DNA of 64,000 nucleotides from Candidatus Dormiibacterota bacterium (GTDB lineage Bacteria; Chloroflexota; Dormibacteria; Aeolococcales; Aeolococcaceae): assembly GCA_963709585.1 (NCBI GenBank), contig CAVPXI010000015.1:183122-247121 (forward strand), given 5' to 3'. The notes under the pieces are model-generated. The model worked only from the letters and a program-made list of their open reading frames with translations, had not been told where the DNA came from and searched no databases. The position numbers were made by a program, and so were the translations under genes. This document shows positions 41,398 through 52,439 of this stretch, one piece after another. Within the stretch, counting starts at the first letter, position 1. Each line of letters starts with the position of its first letter.

Positions 41398-41427
41398 AGT
41401 ATAAACCGCGCCCGAGCCGGCAGGCAA
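41398..41427 (-). promoter_or_regulatory. Sigma70-type promoter for the rpmJ-alpha operon
   Basis: TTGCCT-18-TATACT. Confidence 0.7.
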
Positions 41428-41441
41428 ATCCGGGCTCCCCA

Positions 41442-42236
41442 CTACTGCACGTCGGCCAGGACCGGGTCCGGCCGCAGGGTCAGGATTTCCGGGCCCAACT
41501 CGGTGATCGCCACGGTGTGCTCGAAGTAGCAGGAGAGCTTCCCGTCCGCCGTGACCACCGTCCAGTCGTCGTCGAGGACACGGGTGTCCGCGCGTCCGAC
41601 ATTGACCATCGGCTCGATGGCGATGACATAGCCGGGCTTGAGGAGATTGCCGGTCCCGGGGCGGCCGTAGTTCGGCACCTGCGGCAGCTCGTGCATTTCC
41701 CGGCCGATTCCGTGGCCGACGTACTGGCGGACCACCGAGTAGCCGTTGAACTCGACGAACCCCTGGACGGCGGCGCCGATGTCGCCGATGTGGTTGCCCG
41801 GCCTGGCTGCGGCAATGCCGAGGTCGAGCGCCTCGCGAGTGGTGTCGATCAGGCGCCGCACCTGGGGCGACGGCTCGCCGCAGGCGACCGAGAGCCCGCT
41901 GTCAGCCCACCAGCCGTCGAGGATCAGCCCGCAATCGAGCGACACGAGGTCGCCCTCCTGGATCACCTGCCGACCGGGAATCCCGTGGACGACCTGGTCG
42001 TTGACCGAGACGCAAAGCGAATTGGGGAATCCGTCATACCCGAGAAAGCCCGGGATGCAATGGTGATCGCGAATGAAGGTCTCCGCCTCGCGGTCGAGTT
42101 CGAGTGTGGTCATCCCGGCGCGTACCGAGCGTGCGAGCTGGGCGAGGCAGGCGCCGAGGATCTTCCCGGAGACCCGCATCTTCTCGATCTCATCCGGGCG
42201 CTTCAGGCGGAAGCTGTCAACGGCGTGGGTGCTCAT
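41442..42236 (-). CDS. map: Methionine aminopeptidase type I
   Basis: SVN..VHGIP, D.G, GHGIG..MHE, IEPM, FEHTV. Confidence 0.96.
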   Translation of the reverse strand: MSTHAVDSFRLKRPDEIEKMRVSGKILGACLAQLARSVRAGMTTLELDREAETFIRDHHCIPGFLGYDGFPNSLCVSVNDQVVHGIPGRQVIQEGDLVSLDCGLILDGWWADSGLSVACGEPSPQVRRLIDTTREALDLGIAAARPGNHIGDIGAAVQGFVEFNGYSVVRQYVGHGIGREMHELPQVPNYGRPGTGNLLKPGYVIAIEPMVNVGRADTRVLDDDWTVVTADGKLSCYFEHTVAITELGPEILTLRPDPVLADVQ

Positions 42237-42823
42237 GCGGTCCCCACGGCGGCACCGTTGTGCTTGAGCGCTTTCATGATGCGGTCGGTGATCGCGTCGA
42301 TGTCGCCGACTCCGTTGATCGCATCGATCCGTGTTCCTGCGGCGCGATAGTGCTCGAGCACCGGTGCCGTGTCCTGCCGGTAGACGACCAGCCGCTGGGC
42401 AAGCCCTTCAGCGGTGTCGTCGCTGCGCCCCTCGATGGTGGCGCGCCTGAGGATTCGCGTCTTCAACTCGTCGTCGTGAACCTCGAGTGAGATCACCTCG
42501 GCCACATGCTGGTTGCGTTTCTCGAGCATCGCGTCGAGCATGGTTGCCTGAGGAACGGTGCGAGGGAAGCCATCAAGAAGGACGCCGTTCTTGGCGTCGG
42601 GCTCGTTGAGGCGGGCGTCGATCATGCGCACGACGAGGTCGTCGGGGACGAGCCCGCCGGCGTCCATGATCGGCTTGGCCTCACGGCCGAGCGCGGTGTC
42701 GCGAGCCACCTCATCGCGCAGCATGTCCCCTGCCGCGACATGGGGGACTCCGAGGCGCACCGCGACCCGCGACGCCTGGGTGCCCTTGCCGCTGCCGGGC
42801 GGTCCGAACATCAGGGCGATCAC
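42233..42823 (-). CDS. adk: Adenylate kinase (short LID)
   Basis: GPPGSGKGTQ, GDMLR, LDGFPRT, RSDD. Confidence 0.96.
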   Translation of the reverse strand: MIALMFGPPGSGKGTQASRVAVRLGVPHVAAGDMLRDEVARDTALGREAKPIMDAGGLVPDDLVVRMIDARLNEPDAKNGVLLDGFPRTVPQATMLDAMLEKRNQHVAEVISLEVHDDELKTRILRRATIEGRSDDTAEGLAQRLVVYRQDTAPVLEHYRAAGTRIDAINGVGDIDAITDRIMKALKHNGAAVGTA

Positions 42824-44154
42824 TTGATGAATCCCTTGTACTGGCGCATCAGCAGCTGGGTCTCGATCTGCTTCATGGTGTCGAGCGCCACGCCGACGAC
42901 GATAAGGATCGCGGTGCCGCCGAGGTAGAGGCTGGTCGACGGGACTCCGGTGAGGACCGCGGTGAGCAAGGGCAGCACGACGGTGATCATCGCGAGGAAG
43001 AGAGCCCCGGCCAGGGTGATCCTGCCCATGACCTTGCCGAGGTACTCGGCGGTGCTCCTCCCGGGCCGGATCCCGGGGATGAAGGTGGACTGCTTCTTCA
43101 GGTTGTCGGCGACGTCGACGGGGTCGAACACGATCGCCGTGTAGAAGTACGTGAACCCCATCACGAGCAGGAAGTAGATGCCGTTGTACAGGAAGTTGAG
43201 CGGGATGAACCCGCCGGTCGCCTGCCAGTTGGTGATGATCCACTGCGAGACACTGAGCGTCCAGCCGGTGCTGCTCTGGAAGAGGTTGGCGAAGATGGTC
43301 GGGAAGGTCATGATCGAGATCGCGAAGATGATCGGGATGACGCCCGCGGCGTTGACTCGAAGTGGTAAGAAGTTACGCCGTCCCTGCGACGCCTGACCGG
43401 TGCGCACGTTGAGGACGCGCTGCGCCGACTGCACCGGCACCTTCCGCTGAGCCTGCTGCACCTCGATGACCCCGGCCGTGACCGCGACGGCGATGATCGC
43501 CATGACCACGATCTGAATGATGTGCGCGGTGCCACCGGTTCCGCCATAGCCGACGATCGCCGCCGGCAACCTGCCGATGATGCCGACGAAAATGATCAGC
43601 GACACGCCGTTGCCGACGCCGTACTCGGTGATCAGCTCACCGAGCCACATCGCGATGATCGTTCCCGCGGTGAGTGTGAGGATGATGCTGATCTCGGTCG
43701 CGCCCGAGGGGTTGGCGATGATTGCGCCGTCCTTCGTGACCGTCGGGTTGGTGAACAGCGCCAGATACCCGAAGGCCTGGAGCATCGCCAGCGGCACGGT
43801 GAGCCAGCGCGTGTAGCGGGTGATCTTCTTGCGACCGATCTCGCCTTCCTTGCTCAACTCCTTGAGCCGGACGGAGACGACCGTCATCAACTGCATGATG
43901 ATCGTGGCGTTGATGTAGGGGTTGAGGCCCAGCGCGACCAGCGTGAAGCGCTGCAGCCCGCCACCGCTGAAGAGGTTGAGCAGGCCGAGCAGTGTGTTGC
44001 CCGAGAACAGGTCGTTGAGCGCCAGCGGGTTCGTCCCGGGGATGGCGATCGCGGCGAGGATGCGGAACGCCGCCAGCAACCCCAAGGTGAACAGCAGCTT
44101 CCGCCGCAGCTCCGGGATCCGGATCGCCTGGCCGAGCGCCTCGAGGAGGTTCAC
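42820..44154 (-). CDS. secY: Preprotein translocase SecY
   Basis: PYI.A.II.QL, GNG.SLIIF.GI, AGVIPIIFA, IPGIRPG, GGT..LIVVGV. Confidence 0.98.
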   Translation of the reverse strand: MNLLEALGQAIRIPELRRKLLFTLGLLAAFRILAAIAIPGTNPLALNDLFSGNTLLGLLNLFSGGGLQRFTLVALGLNPYINATIIMQLMTVVSVRLKELSKEGEIGRKKITRYTRWLTVPLAMLQAFGYLALFTNPTVTKDGAIIANPSGATEISIILTLTAGTIIAMWLGELITEYGVGNGVSLIIFVGIIGRLPAAIVGYGGTGGTAHIIQIVVMAIIAVAVTAGVIEVQQAQRKVPVQSAQRVLNVRTGQASQGRRNFLPLRVNAAGVIPIIFAISIMTFPTIFANLFQSSTGWTLSVSQWIITNWQATGGFIPLNFLYNGIYFLLVMGFTYFYTAIVFDPVDVADNLKKQSTFIPGIRPGRSTAEYLGKVMGRITLAGALFLAMITVVLPLLTAVLTGVPSTSLYLGGTAILIVVGVALDTMKQIETQLLMRQYKGFIK

Positions 44155-44900
44155 TCCGTGTCCTCGGTCACCGCCTCGTTGTCCTGTGATGCCGCCGGTT
44201 CGGTGTCGGGGGCGGGTGCGCTGTCCGCAGGAGTTGGCTTCCGCTTGCCACCGCGCTCTCCGCGAGCCTGTGCGGGCCTGGCGTCGGGCGTCGCCGCAGC
44301 GGAGGCTCCCTTGGCACGTTTCTTGCCGTCCGATTGTGGGGCGGCTTCCCTCGGCGTTTTCGGACGGCTGAGCAGTTCGGCACGCGCCACCACCGCGTCA
44401 GCCCTGCGCCGCGCGCGCTTGCCGACCGGCTCCGCGTCCGGCGCCGGAGGTTGAGGGCCGAGCAACTCGACCGAGCCGCCCGCGGACTCGACGGCGGTGC
44501 GCGCCGCGGCCGAGATGCGGTGCACCCGCAGGGTCAGCGCGTGGCCGAGATGGCCGGCCGCGAGCACCTTGACCGGTGACGAAGCGCGCGGGATCAGCCC
44601 CGCCTCGGTGAGCACGTCGGGGTCCACCACGGTGTCCTTGTCGAAGCGGACGAGCTTGCCGAGGTTGACCACCACGTACTCGCGACGAAACCGGTTGTGG
44701 AAGCCGCGCAGCTTCGGGAGCCGCTGCTTCAGCGGCATCTGGCCGCCCTCGAAGCCGGTCGGGAGCCCGACGCTCGAGCGGGAGCCCTGGCCCTTCTGAC
44801 CCCGACCGCTGGTCTTGCCCTGTCCGGCGCCCTGGCCGCGACCGACGCGCTTGCGCGGCCGGCGGCTGCCCTTGGCGGGGCTCAGTTCGTGCAGCTTCAC
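44151..44900 (-). CDS. rplO: 50S ribosomal protein L15 with ~100-aa C-terminal extension
   Basis: RVGRG.G.G.GKTSGRG.KGQ, FEGGQMP, PK.RGF. Confidence 0.95.
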   Translation of the reverse strand: MKLHELSPAKGSRRPRKRVGRGQGAGQGKTSGRGQKGQGSRSSVGLPTGFEGGQMPLKQRLPKLRGFHNRFRREYVVVNLGKLVRFDKDTVVDPDVLTEAGLIPRASSPVKVLAAGHLGHALTLRVHRISAAARTAVESAGGSVELLGPQPPAPDAEPVGKRARRRADAVVARAELLSRPKTPREAAPQSDGKKRAKGASAAATPDARPAQARGERGGKRKPTPADSAPAPDTEPAASQDNEAVTEDTE

Positions 44901-45142
44901 GCCGGGTTCTCCGACGCGGATGCAAGCTCCTGGAGCAGCGCCGCGCCCGCCGGGGAATCCGCCGGCTCGCCGTTGACGGCGACCAGGTGGCGGACCTTGT
45001 GGACCATCCCGCGAATCGAGGGTGTGGCCTCGTGCTCGACGGTGTGGTTGAGCTTGCGCAGGCCCAACGCCGCCAGCGTTGCCTTCTGATCCCAGGCGTA
45101 CCCGATCGCGCTCTTGCGATATGTCACCCGAACCGTGTTCAC
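44897..45142 (-). CDS. rpmD: 50S ribosomal protein L30 (extended)
   Basis: KS.IG, LGLRK, GM..KV.HLV. Confidence 0.93.
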   Translation of the reverse strand: MNTVRVTYRKSAIGYAWDQKATLAALGLRKLNHTVEHEATPSIRGMVHKVRHLVAVNGEPADSPAGAALLQELASASENPA

Positions 45143-45726
45143 GGCGCTACCACCTCGACGTTGGGGATGTCGACGGTGGGCGTCCGGCCGAGCATGCGGT
45201 CGGCCATCTTGCGGCTGCCAACGATCTGCTCCGGGGTCCGACCCCGCAGCTCGGCCACGGCGGCGAGGGTTCGCAGGCTTGCCAGCGCCGAGACGGTGGC
45301 GCGCACGACGTTGATGGGGTTGTCGGTACCCAGGCTCTTGGTCAGGATGTCCTTGATGCCCGCCGCCTCGACCACGGCGCGCATCGAACTGCCGCTGATG
45401 ACCCCGGTGCCCGGAACGCCCGGCTTGAGCATCACCTTGGCGGCGCCCAGCTTGTAGCGCACCTCGTGAGGGATGGTCGTGCCGACCATGGGGACGGTGA
45501 TCATGTGCTTCTTGGCATCGTCGACCCCCTTGCGGATCGCGTCCGGCACTTCGCCGGCCTTGCCCAACCCGGCGCCGACGCGGCCCTTGCCGTCACCCAC
45601 GACGACCAGCGCGCTGAACGAGAAGCGGCGTCCGCCCTTGACCACTTTCGCGACCCGGTTGAGCGAGACGATCTTCTCCTGGAACTCGCTGCCGCGATCA
45701 TCGCGGCGATCCATGCGCATCCCCAT
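45139..45726 (-). CDS. rpsE: 30S ribosomal protein S5
   Basis: [23 protein letters not shown]. Confidence 0.98.
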   Translation of the reverse strand: MGMRMDRRDDRGSEFQEKIVSLNRVAKVVKGGRRFSFSALVVVGDGKGRVGAGLGKAGEVPDAIRKGVDDAKKHMITVPMVGTTIPHEVRYKLGAAKVMLKPGVPGTGVISGSSMRAVVEAAGIKDILTKSLGTDNPINVVRATVSALASLRTLAAVAELRGRTPEQIVGSRKMADRMLGRTPTVDIPNVEVVAP

Positions 45727-46101
45727 CTAGAACTTCAACCCGCCCTCGCGGGCTGCCTCGGCGAGGGCCTTGACCCGGCCGTGGAACAGGTAGCCGGCGC
45801 GGTCGAACACCACCGTGTCGACTCCGGCGGCCTTGGCGCGCTCGGAGATGGCCTTGCCGATGGCCGCGGCCCCGGCGGTCGTGCAGGCATTGGCGTCGCC
45901 GAGGACGGCGCGCAGTGCCGGCTCCGTGGTCGATGCGGCGACCAGGGTCCTGCCGGTGGCATCGTCGACGAGCTGGGCGCCGATGTGGCGGAGGCTGCGG
46001 AACACCGCGAGGCGTGGACGCGCAGCCGTTCCGGACACGTGCTTGCGCACGCGGCGGTGGCGTCGAGCGCGGGCGGCGCGTCGATCGTGCTTCGTGAACA
46101 T
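45727..46101 (-). CDS. rplR: 50S ribosomal protein L18
   Basis: RPRL.VFRS, VVFDR.GY..HGRV. Confidence 0.97.
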   Translation of the reverse strand: MFTKHDRRAARARRHRRVRKHVSGTAARPRLAVFRSLRHIGAQLVDDATGRTLVAASTTEPALRAVLGDANACTTAGAAAIGKAISERAKAAGVDTVVFDRAGYLFHGRVKALAEAAREGGLKF

Positions 46102-46154
46102 GCTGATCAGCCTTCTATCTCATTACTACTTATCGTTCTGGTTACTCGTTCCGG

Positions 46155-46709
46155 TTACTTTGTCTTGCCGGCCTTTCCGGACTTGCCGGCCTTGCGGCGG
46201 AGCTTCTCGCCCCGATACAGGATCCCCTTCCCCTTGTACGGCTCGGGCTTTCTGAAGGAACGAATCTTGGCAGCCACCTGGCCGACCACCTCCTTGTCCG
46301 ATCCGCTGACCCTGATCTGGGTGGGTACGGGAACCTCGATGGTGATGCCCTCCGGTGGGGTGTACCGGATCGGGTGCGAATAGCCGAGCGTCAGGACCAG
46401 ATCCCCACCCTGGCGGGTGGCGCGGAAGCCGACCCCGACCAGGTCGAGCTCGCGGGTGAAGCCGCCACTCACGCCCTGGACCATGTTCGCGACCAGCGTC
46501 CGGGTCAGCCCGTGCAGGGATCGATGGATGCGCGCGTTGGAGGGGCGATCGACGGTGATCGTCCCGGTCTCGACGTTGATGAGCATCGACGGCGCGAAGG
46601 TGCGCTGCAGCGTTCCGAGCGACCCGGTGACGCTGAGGCGATTGCCCGTCTCGAGGGCGACCGCAACGCCGTCGGGGACGGGGATGGGCAGCTTGCCAAT
46701 TCGTGACAT
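46155..46709 (-). CDS. rplF: 50S ribosomal protein L6
   Basis: MSRIGK, GYSHP, PEPYKGKGI. Confidence 0.98.
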   Translation of the reverse strand: MSRIGKLPIPVPDGVAVALETGNRLSVTGSLGTLQRTFAPSMLINVETGTITVDRPSNARIHRSLHGLTRTLVANMVQGVSGGFTRELDLVGVGFRATRQGGDLVLTLGYSHPIRYTPPEGITIEVPVPTQIRVSGSDKEVVGQVAAKIRSFRKPEPYKGKGILYRGEKLRRKAGKSGKAGKTK

Positions 46710-46719
46710 CAGAAGCGAC

Positions 46720-47115
46720 CTACCACACGAACGCGACGACTTCGCCGCCCAATCCGGCGCGCTGGGCAGCGCGTCCGGTCATCAGACCGCGCGAGGTCGA
46801 GATGATCGCAACACCCAGTCCCCCGAGCACCCGAGGGATCTCGGACTTGCGCGCATACACGCGCAACCCGGGGCGGCTGATCCGGCGCAGGCCGGAGAGC
46901 GCGCGCCCGCGTGGGCTTCCCGGCTTGAGCGTGACTGTTAGCACCTGCATCGGCGCCTCGCCGGAGACCTCGTACCCGTCAACGAAACCTTCTTCCGTGA
47001 GCACACGCGCGATCTCGACCTTCATCTTCGACACCGGGATCTCCACGGTGCGGTGATGGGCCTGGTTGGCGTTGCGGATGCGGGTGAGCATGTCCGCGAT
47101 GCTGTCACTGGTCAT
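46720..47115 (-). CDS. rpsH: 30S ribosomal protein S8
   Basis: [24 protein letters not shown]. Confidence 0.98.
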   Translation of the reverse strand: MTSDSIADMLTRIRNANQAHHRTVEIPVSKMKVEIARVLTEEGFVDGYEVSGEAPMQVLTVTLKPGSPRGRALSGLRRISRPGLRVYARKSEIPRVLGGLGVAIISTSRGLMTGRAAQRAGLGGEVVAFVW

Positions 47116-47118
47116 GGT

Positions 47119-47304
47119 TCACCACGAGCTCTTCTGGACGCCAGGAATCTGTCCGATGCTGGCGAGTTGGCGGAAACAGATGCGGCACATGCCGAACTTG
47201 CGCATGTAGGCACGCGGGCGACCGCACACGCCGCAGCGGTGGTGCGCCTGCGTGGAGTACCGGGCGGGCCGGTTCGCCTTGGCGATCAGGGATTTCTTTG
47301 CCAT
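47119..47304 (-). CDS. rpsN: 30S ribosomal protein S14 (type Z)
   Basis: [21 protein letters not shown]. Confidence 0.97.
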   Translation of the reverse strand: MAKKSLIAKANRPARYSTQAHHRCGVCGRPRAYMRKFGMCRICFRQLASIGQIPGVQKSSW

Positions 47305-47307
47305 CGG

Positions 47308-47871
47308 TCAGTTCTTCCTGAAGGGCATGCCGAGCCCGGTGAGAAGTGAGCGGCCCTCCGCGTCCGTACGGGCGGTGGTCACGATGCACACCTCCAGCCC
47401 GCGAAGCTTGTCGATCTTGTCGTAGTCGATCTCCGGAAAGACGAGTTGCTCGCGCAACCCAAGCGTGAAGTTACCATGGCCGTCGAACGCCTTCGGATCG
47501 ACGCCGCGGAAGTCTCGAATCCGCGGGAGTGCGACGTTGAGCAACTTGTCGAGGAAGTCGAACATCCGGCGTCCTCGCAAGGTCACCTTGACACCGATCG
47601 GCATGCCTTCGCGCAGCTTGAAGGCCGCGACCGACTTCCGCGCCCGGATGACGATCGGCGCCTGGCCGGTGATCAACTTGAGGTCCGCGATCGCTGCGTC
47701 GATGGCCCGTGCGTTGGTGATCGCCTCGCCGAGACCGATGTTGATCACCACCTTCTCAACCGACGGGACCTGCATGGCGTTCAGGTAGCGGAATTCGGCC
47801 ACCAGAGACGGCACGATCTCGTCGACGTAGCGACGCCGGAGACGGGGCAACTCGGCGGCTTGCACGGCCAT
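47308..47871 (-). CDS. rplE: 50S ribosomal protein L5
   Basis: [24 protein letters not shown]. Confidence 0.98.
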   Translation of the reverse strand: MAVQAAELPRLRRRYVDEIVPSLVAEFRYLNAMQVPSVEKVVINIGLGEAITNARAIDAAIADLKLITGQAPIVIRARKSVAAFKLREGMPIGVKVTLRGRRMFDFLDKLLNVALPRIRDFRGVDPKAFDGHGNFTLGLREQLVFPEIDYDKIDKLRGLEVCIVTTARTDAEGRSLLTGLGMPFRKN

Positions 47872-48272
47872 CAGACCTGCGCCCTGTCGTACGTCTCGCC
47901 GCACTTCTTGCACACGATCACGCGCCGTCCCAGCTCGTTCACGCCGTGCGCGATCCGCGTCGTCTTCTCGCAGCGGTTGCAGACGAGCATGACGTTGCTG
48001 TAGGCGACCGGGCCGTCGAAGTCGACGATGCCGCCCTGGATGTTGCCTTTCACGCCGGACTTGGTATGACGCTTGAGGAGGTTCACGCCACGCACCGCCA
48101 CCCGTTGCTGCTCGGGGAGCACCCGCTCGACGACACCGCGCTTGCCCTTGTCCTTGCCGCCGATGACCTCGACGCTGTCACCCTTGCGGATGTCGAGCGG
48201 GCGCAGATGTCCACCCGCCCAACCCTCGCGAATGAGCGTGGAGCGGTGCCTGCGCTCGACCCTGGTCGCCAT
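47871..48272 (-). CDS. rplX: 50S ribosomal protein L24 (N-terminal extension)
   Basis: IRKGD.V.VI.GKDKGK.G, SNVM. Confidence 0.95.
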   Translation of the reverse strand: MATRVERRHRSTLIREGWAGGHLRPLDIRKGDSVEVIGGKDKGKRGVVERVLPEQQRVAVRGVNLLKRHTKSGVKGNIQGGIVDFDGPVAYSNVMLVCNRCEKTTRIAHGVNELGRRVIVCKKCGETYDRAQV

Positions 48273-48273
48273 C

Positions 48274-48642
48274 TCAGATCACCTCCGGGGCGAGGCTGAC
48301 GATCTTCATGAAGTTGCGCTCGCGCAGCTCGCGCGCCACCGGTCCGAAAATGCGCGAGCCGCGCGGGTTGTTCTGGGGCGTGATCAGCACGGCCGCGTTC
48401 TCGTCGAAGCGAATGTTGCTGCCGTCCGGGCGCTTGTATTCCTTGGTGGTGCGCACCACCACGGCGCGAACCACGTCGCCCTTCTTCACCTGGGCGTTCG
48501 GCTGCGCCACCTTGACGGTGCCGATGATGACATCGCCCACCGACGCGTACTTGCGATAGCTGCCGCCCAGCACTCGGATGCAGAGCAACTCGCGCGCGCC
48601 ACTGTTGTCGGCCACCTTGAGCACCGATTCCTGCTGGATCAT
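48274..48642 (-). CDS. rplN: 50S ribosomal protein L14
   Basis: [25 protein letters not shown]. Confidence 0.98.
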   Translation of the reverse strand: MIQQESVLKVADNSGARELLCIRVLGGSYRKYASVGDVIIGTVKVAQPNAQVKKGDVVRAVVVRTTKEYKRPDGSNIRFDENAAVLITPQNNPRGSRIFGPVARELRERNFMKIVSLAPEVI

Positions 48643-48643
48643 G

Positions 48644-48919
48644 TCAGCGCGCCTTCTCCAGAACTTCGGCGACGCGCCAGCGCGTCTCCTTGGAGATCGG
48701 GCGAGTCTCGATGATGCGCACGCGGTCGCCAACTCCGCACACGTTCTCCTCGTCGTGGACCTTGAAGCGCCGGGTATGACGGACGACCTTCTTGTAGAGC
48801 GGGTGGGGCTTGAGGACCTGCACCACCACGATCACGGTCTTCTCCATCTTGTCGCTGACGACAACGCCGTCCCGAACCTTGCGGCGCGGACGCGTTGCCT
48901 GCTGGATCGCGTCACTCAT
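48644..48919 (-). CDS. rpsQ: 30S ribosomal protein S17
   Basis: [22 protein letters not shown]. Confidence 0.97.
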   Translation of the reverse strand: MSDAIQQATRPRRKVRDGVVVSDKMEKTVIVVVQVLKPHPLYKKVVRHTRRFKVHDEENVCGVGDRVRIIETRPISKETRWRVAEVLEKAR

Positions 48920-49316
48920 CGACATCCTCCTCGGCGTCGACGGGCTCGGCGAGCGCTTCCTCGGGCTCCTTGGGCTCGGCAACGGGAACAGCGGCGGGAA
49001 CGACGGCCGGGACCTCGAGGCGTGCAGCGGGTTTTGCCCTCGGGGTGCGGACAGGCTTGGGCTTGGCGGCCACCGGCCGGGCCGCGGGCTGCTCGAGGAC
49101 CGCCGGCCGCAGACCACGTTCGATCTCGATCTTCACGGTCATCGCTCGGGCGATCTCGTGCCTGATCTCGCGGACCTGGCGGTGGTTCTCCACCTGCCCG
49201 GTCGCCTGCTGGAAGCGAACCTCGAAGAGGCGCCGGCGCTGCCTGCTCAGATGATCATCGAGCTCGACCACGGTCATGCGGCGCAGCTCGTTGAGGGTAT
49301 CGGTCTGCTTGGTCAC
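48912..49316 (-). CDS. rpmC: 50S ribosomal protein L29 with ~65-aa extension
   Basis: ELR, LF..RFQ.ATGQ, IAR..T; located between rplP and rpsQ. Confidence 0.92.
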   Translation of the reverse strand: MTKQTDTLNELRRMTVVELDDHLSRQRRRLFEVRFQQATGQVENHRQVREIRHEIARAMTVKIEIERGLRPAVLEQPAARPVAAKPKPVRTPRAKPAARLEVPAVVPAAVPVAEPKEPEEALAEPVDAEEDVDE

Positions 49317-49753
49317 GGCGTAGCCGCCTCCAGGTCCGACCCGGTCTCCTCGCGGATGAGGAACCTCGTCTTGATGGGCAGCTTGAACGCGGCAAGGCGC
49401 ATCGCCTCCTGGGCGGTCTCGCGGGTGACGCCCGCCATCTCGAAGAGCACGCGCCCGGGAAGCACCACGGCGACCCAGCCCTCGGGCTGGCCCTTGCCGC
49501 TTCCCATCCGCGTCTCCGCCGGCTTCTTCGTGAACGCGTGATCCGGGAACACGCGAATCCAGATCTTGCCGCCGCGCTTGACATGACGGGTCATGGCTCG
49601 CCGGGCCGCCTCGATCTGCCGGTTGGTCATCCAGCACTGCTCGGTCGCCTGGAGCCCGTACGTTCCGAAGTCCAGCTTGTTGCCGCGCTGCGCGGCGCCG
49701 GTCCTCCGCCCGCGATGGAGCTTGCGATGCTTGGTCCGCTTCGGCATCAGCAT
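49313..49753 (-). CDS. rplP: 50S ribosomal protein L16
   Basis: [27 protein letters not shown]; own GAGGAG RBS. Confidence 0.97.
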   Translation of the reverse strand: MLMPKRTKHRKLHRGRRTGAAQRGNKLDFGTYGLQATEQCWMTNRQIEAARRAMTRHVKRGGKIWIRVFPDHAFTKKPAETRMGSGKGQPEGWVAVVLPGRVLFEMAGVTRETAQEAMRLAAFKLPIKTRFLIREETGSDLEAATP

Positions 49754-49755
49754 CC

Positions 49756-50770
49756 CTACTCCTCCTCTTCCTCGCCGCCATCGACGGGTGCGTCGGCCTT
49801 CTTGACCAGCTTCTTGGGTGCGCGGGCGACGGACGTGGGCTTCTTGGCCACAACGGGTTTGCGACGCGCCGGTGCCCGCTTGGGAGTCGAGCTTCTCGAC
49901 CTTCTCCGCGCCCGCCGCCGGATCCACCCCGGCAGCGACGATCACCGCTTCGTCCTCGTCGATCTCAGGGACATCCTCGGCAGGGGCCTCTTCGACATCG
50001 ACGTCGGGAACCTCGATCGCCTCGGCGGCCACGGCCACCTCTTCGGCGGGCGCTTCGGCGACGCGGGCGGCGGGTACGGGCACACGGTCCTCGAGACCAC
50101 GGTCCTCGGCACGATCCTTGCCCGGCGCGATCGGCTCGCCGGTCGCCGTAACGAAGTCGCCGAGGTACAGCCAGCATTGCACCCCGATGCGGCCGAAGGT
50201 GGTGCGCGCCTCGGCTTTCCCATAGTCGATGTTCGCGCGCAGCGTGTGCAGCGGTACGCGGCCGTCGCGATCCCACTCGCGACGCGACATCTCGGATCCG
50301 CCGAGCCTGCCGCTCACCTGGATCTTCACCCCTTTGGCACCGGCGCGCATGCTGCGCATGAGGGTCTGCTTGAGCGCGCGGCGGAAGGCAATGCGCTTCT
50401 CGAGTTGCGAGGCGACGTTCTCGGCGACCAGCGTTGCGTCGAGCTCGGGCGTCTTGATCTCGTGGATCGTGACCCGCACCTTCTTGCCCGAGATCCGCTC
50501 GAGCTCGTCGCGGAGCGCGTCGACCGACGCACCCTGCTTGCCGATGACGATGCCGGGCTTCGCCGTCTGGATGATCACGGTGAGCTGGTTGGCGCTGCGC
50601 TCGGTCTCGATGCGCGCCAGGCCGGCGTTGCGCAACCGGCTGCCGATCAGGCGGCGCATCGCGATGTCCTCGTGGAGGAGCTTGGTGTATTCCTTGTCGG
50701 CGTACCAGCGCGCGTCCCAGTTCCGGTAGACGCCGAGCCGGAAACCGATCGGGTTGACTTTCTGACCCAT
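49756..50770 (-). CDS. rpsC: 30S ribosomal protein S3 with long tail; apparent frameshift at ~49885
   Basis: [26 protein letters not shown]. The shifted frame gives ...[15 protein letters not shown]...GGEEEE* ending 2 nt before rplP. Confidence 0.92.
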
Positions 50771-51286
50771 CTACTCAGCCTCTTCCGTGGTCGGCTTGGG
50801 TGCGCGACGGCGTGCCGGGCGTGGCTTGGCCGCGGGTGCGGCATCGTTCGCAGCCGGCGCAGCCGGCGCCGTGGCGGCGGGCGTGACGACGGGCGCGGGC
50901 AGCACCGTTCTCGGCATCTTCACGGCCCGGCGCCGGCGCACGTTCGCGGGCTCCTCGTCGTCGGTCACGAAGGCGCGCAGGTGGCTCGTCCGCTTGAAGA
51001 TGCTCCCCGCCATGCCGCGCGGCTTGGCGCGCCACCGCTTGATGATCATGGCGCCGTCAACCTCGACACGAGCCACCCGAAGTGAGGACGCGTCGAGGTT
51101 GTAGTTGTGCTCGGCATTCGCGGCGGCGGACTTGATCACCTTGGCGATATCGACCGCAGCCGACCGCGGCGAGTATCGAAGTACCACCAGTGCCTCGGCG
51201 ACCGGCAGCCCGGTGACCATCGCCGAGACGAGGCGAGCCTTGCGAGCGGTGGTGCGAACCCATTTCGCGGTTGCAACTACTTCCAT
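50771..51286 (-). CDS. rplV: 50S ribosomal protein L22 with ~55-aa extension
   Basis: RKARLV, SAAANAEHN, KRTSH. Confidence 0.96.
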   Translation of the reverse strand: MEVVATAKWVRTTARKARLVSAMVTGLPVAEALVVLRYSPRSAAVDIAKVIKSAAANAEHNYNLDASSLRVARVEVDGAMIIKRWRAKPRGMAGSIFKRTSHLRAFVTDDEEPANVRRRRAVKMPRTVLPAPVVTPAATAPAAPAANDAAPAAKPRPARRRAPKPTTEEAE

Positions 51287-51292
51287 CTCGTC

Positions 51293-51577
51293 CTACTTCA
51301 GCGCCGTGCTGCGTTCGGTGTGGTGCCCATGCCCGCGGTAGCGGCGGGTGTGGGCGAACTCACCGAGCTTGTGACCGACCATCGTCTCGGTGATGAGCAC
51401 CGGCACATGCTTGCGTCCGTCGTGCACCGCGATGGTGTGGCCGACCATCTCCGGGAAGATGTCGCTACGGCGCGACCAGGTCTTGATGATCCGCTTCTCG
51501 CGCGACATGTTGAGCTGCTGCACCTTCTTGAGCAGGTGGTCATCGCAGAACGGTCCTTTCTTGAGCGAGCGACCCAT
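51293..51577 (-). CDS. rpsS: 30S ribosomal protein S19
   Basis: [24 protein letters not shown]. Confidence 0.98.
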   Translation of the reverse strand: MGRSLKKGPFCDDHLLKKVQQLNMSREKRIIKTWSRRSDIFPEMVGHTIAVHDGRKHVPVLITETMVGHKLGEFAHTRRYRGHGHHTERSTALK

Positions 51578-51579
51578 GG

Positions 51580-52404
51580 CTACTTGTCCCGCCGGCGCAC
51601 GATCATTCGATCAGTGCTCTTGTTGTGACGGGTGCGATAACCGAGCGCAGGCTTGCCCCATGGGGTCTGCGGGTTGCCACCCGCACCGCTCCGTCCCTCG
51701 CCGCCGCCGTGAGGATGGTCGAAGGGGTTCATGGTCATGCCACGAACCGATGGGCGGATGCCCCGCCATCTCGACTTGCCGGCCTTGCCGATGACCTCGT
51801 TCTCGTGGTCGACGTTGCCGACCTGGCCGATCGTCGCCCGGCAGCGGACGTCGACGAGCCGGACTTCGCCGCTGGGCATGCGCACCTGCGCGTAGGCGCC
51901 CTCCTTGGCGAGCAACTGCGCCGCCGTTCCGGCGCTGCGCACCAGCTGTCCGCCACGACCGAGCTTGACCTCGAGGTTATGGATCGTGGTGCCGAGCGGA
52001 ATGCTCGTGATCGGCAGCGCGCAGCCCGGGCGGATCTCAGCGCCGTTTCCGGAGCTGACCACATCGCCAACGCTGAGCCCGTGCGGAGAGAGGATGTAGC
52101 GCTTGTCGCCATCGGCGTAGACGACCAGCGCGATTCGCGCGCTGCGATTCGGGTCGTACTCGATCGTCCTCACCTTGCCGGGGACGCCGTCCTTCTGGCG
52201 CTTGAAGTCGATCAGTCGATAGGTCTTCTTGTGACCGCCGCCCTGGTGACGCACGGTGATGCGCCCGGACGCGTTGCGCCCGCTGTGCTTCTTGAGGTGC
52301 TCGACCAGCTGACGTTGGGGCGCGCTCGTGGTCACACCCTCGAAACTGCTCACCGACATGAATCGGCGGCCGGGGCTCGTCGGCTTGTACTTCTTGGTGG
52401 GCAT
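51580..52404 (-). CDS. rplB: 50S ribosomal protein L2
   Basis: [20 protein letters not shown]. Confidence 0.98.
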   Translation of the reverse strand: MPTKKYKPTSPGRRFMSVSSFEGVTTSAPQRQLVEHLKKHSGRNASGRITVRHQGGGHKKTYRLIDFKRQKDGVPGKVRTIEYDPNRSARIALVVYADGDKRYILSPHGLSVGDVVSSGNGAEIRPGCALPITSIPLGTTIHNLEVKLGRGGQLVRSAGTAAQLLAKEGAYAQVRMPSGEVRLVDVRCRATIGQVGNVDHENEVIGKAGKSRWRGIRPSVRGMTMNPFDHPHGGGEGRSGAGGNPQTPWGKPALGYRTRHNKSTDRMIVRRRDK

Positions 52405-52439
52405 TTACACGCTATCCGTGTGAGTGAATTTGCAAGTCA

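Noticed and set aside
49313-50770. Apparent S3-L16 fusion protein (485-aa ORF)
   Set aside because: A 1-nt shift near the GAGTC at ~49885 gives S3 a natural tail and a TAG at 49756-49758, and rplP has its own RBS and ATG.
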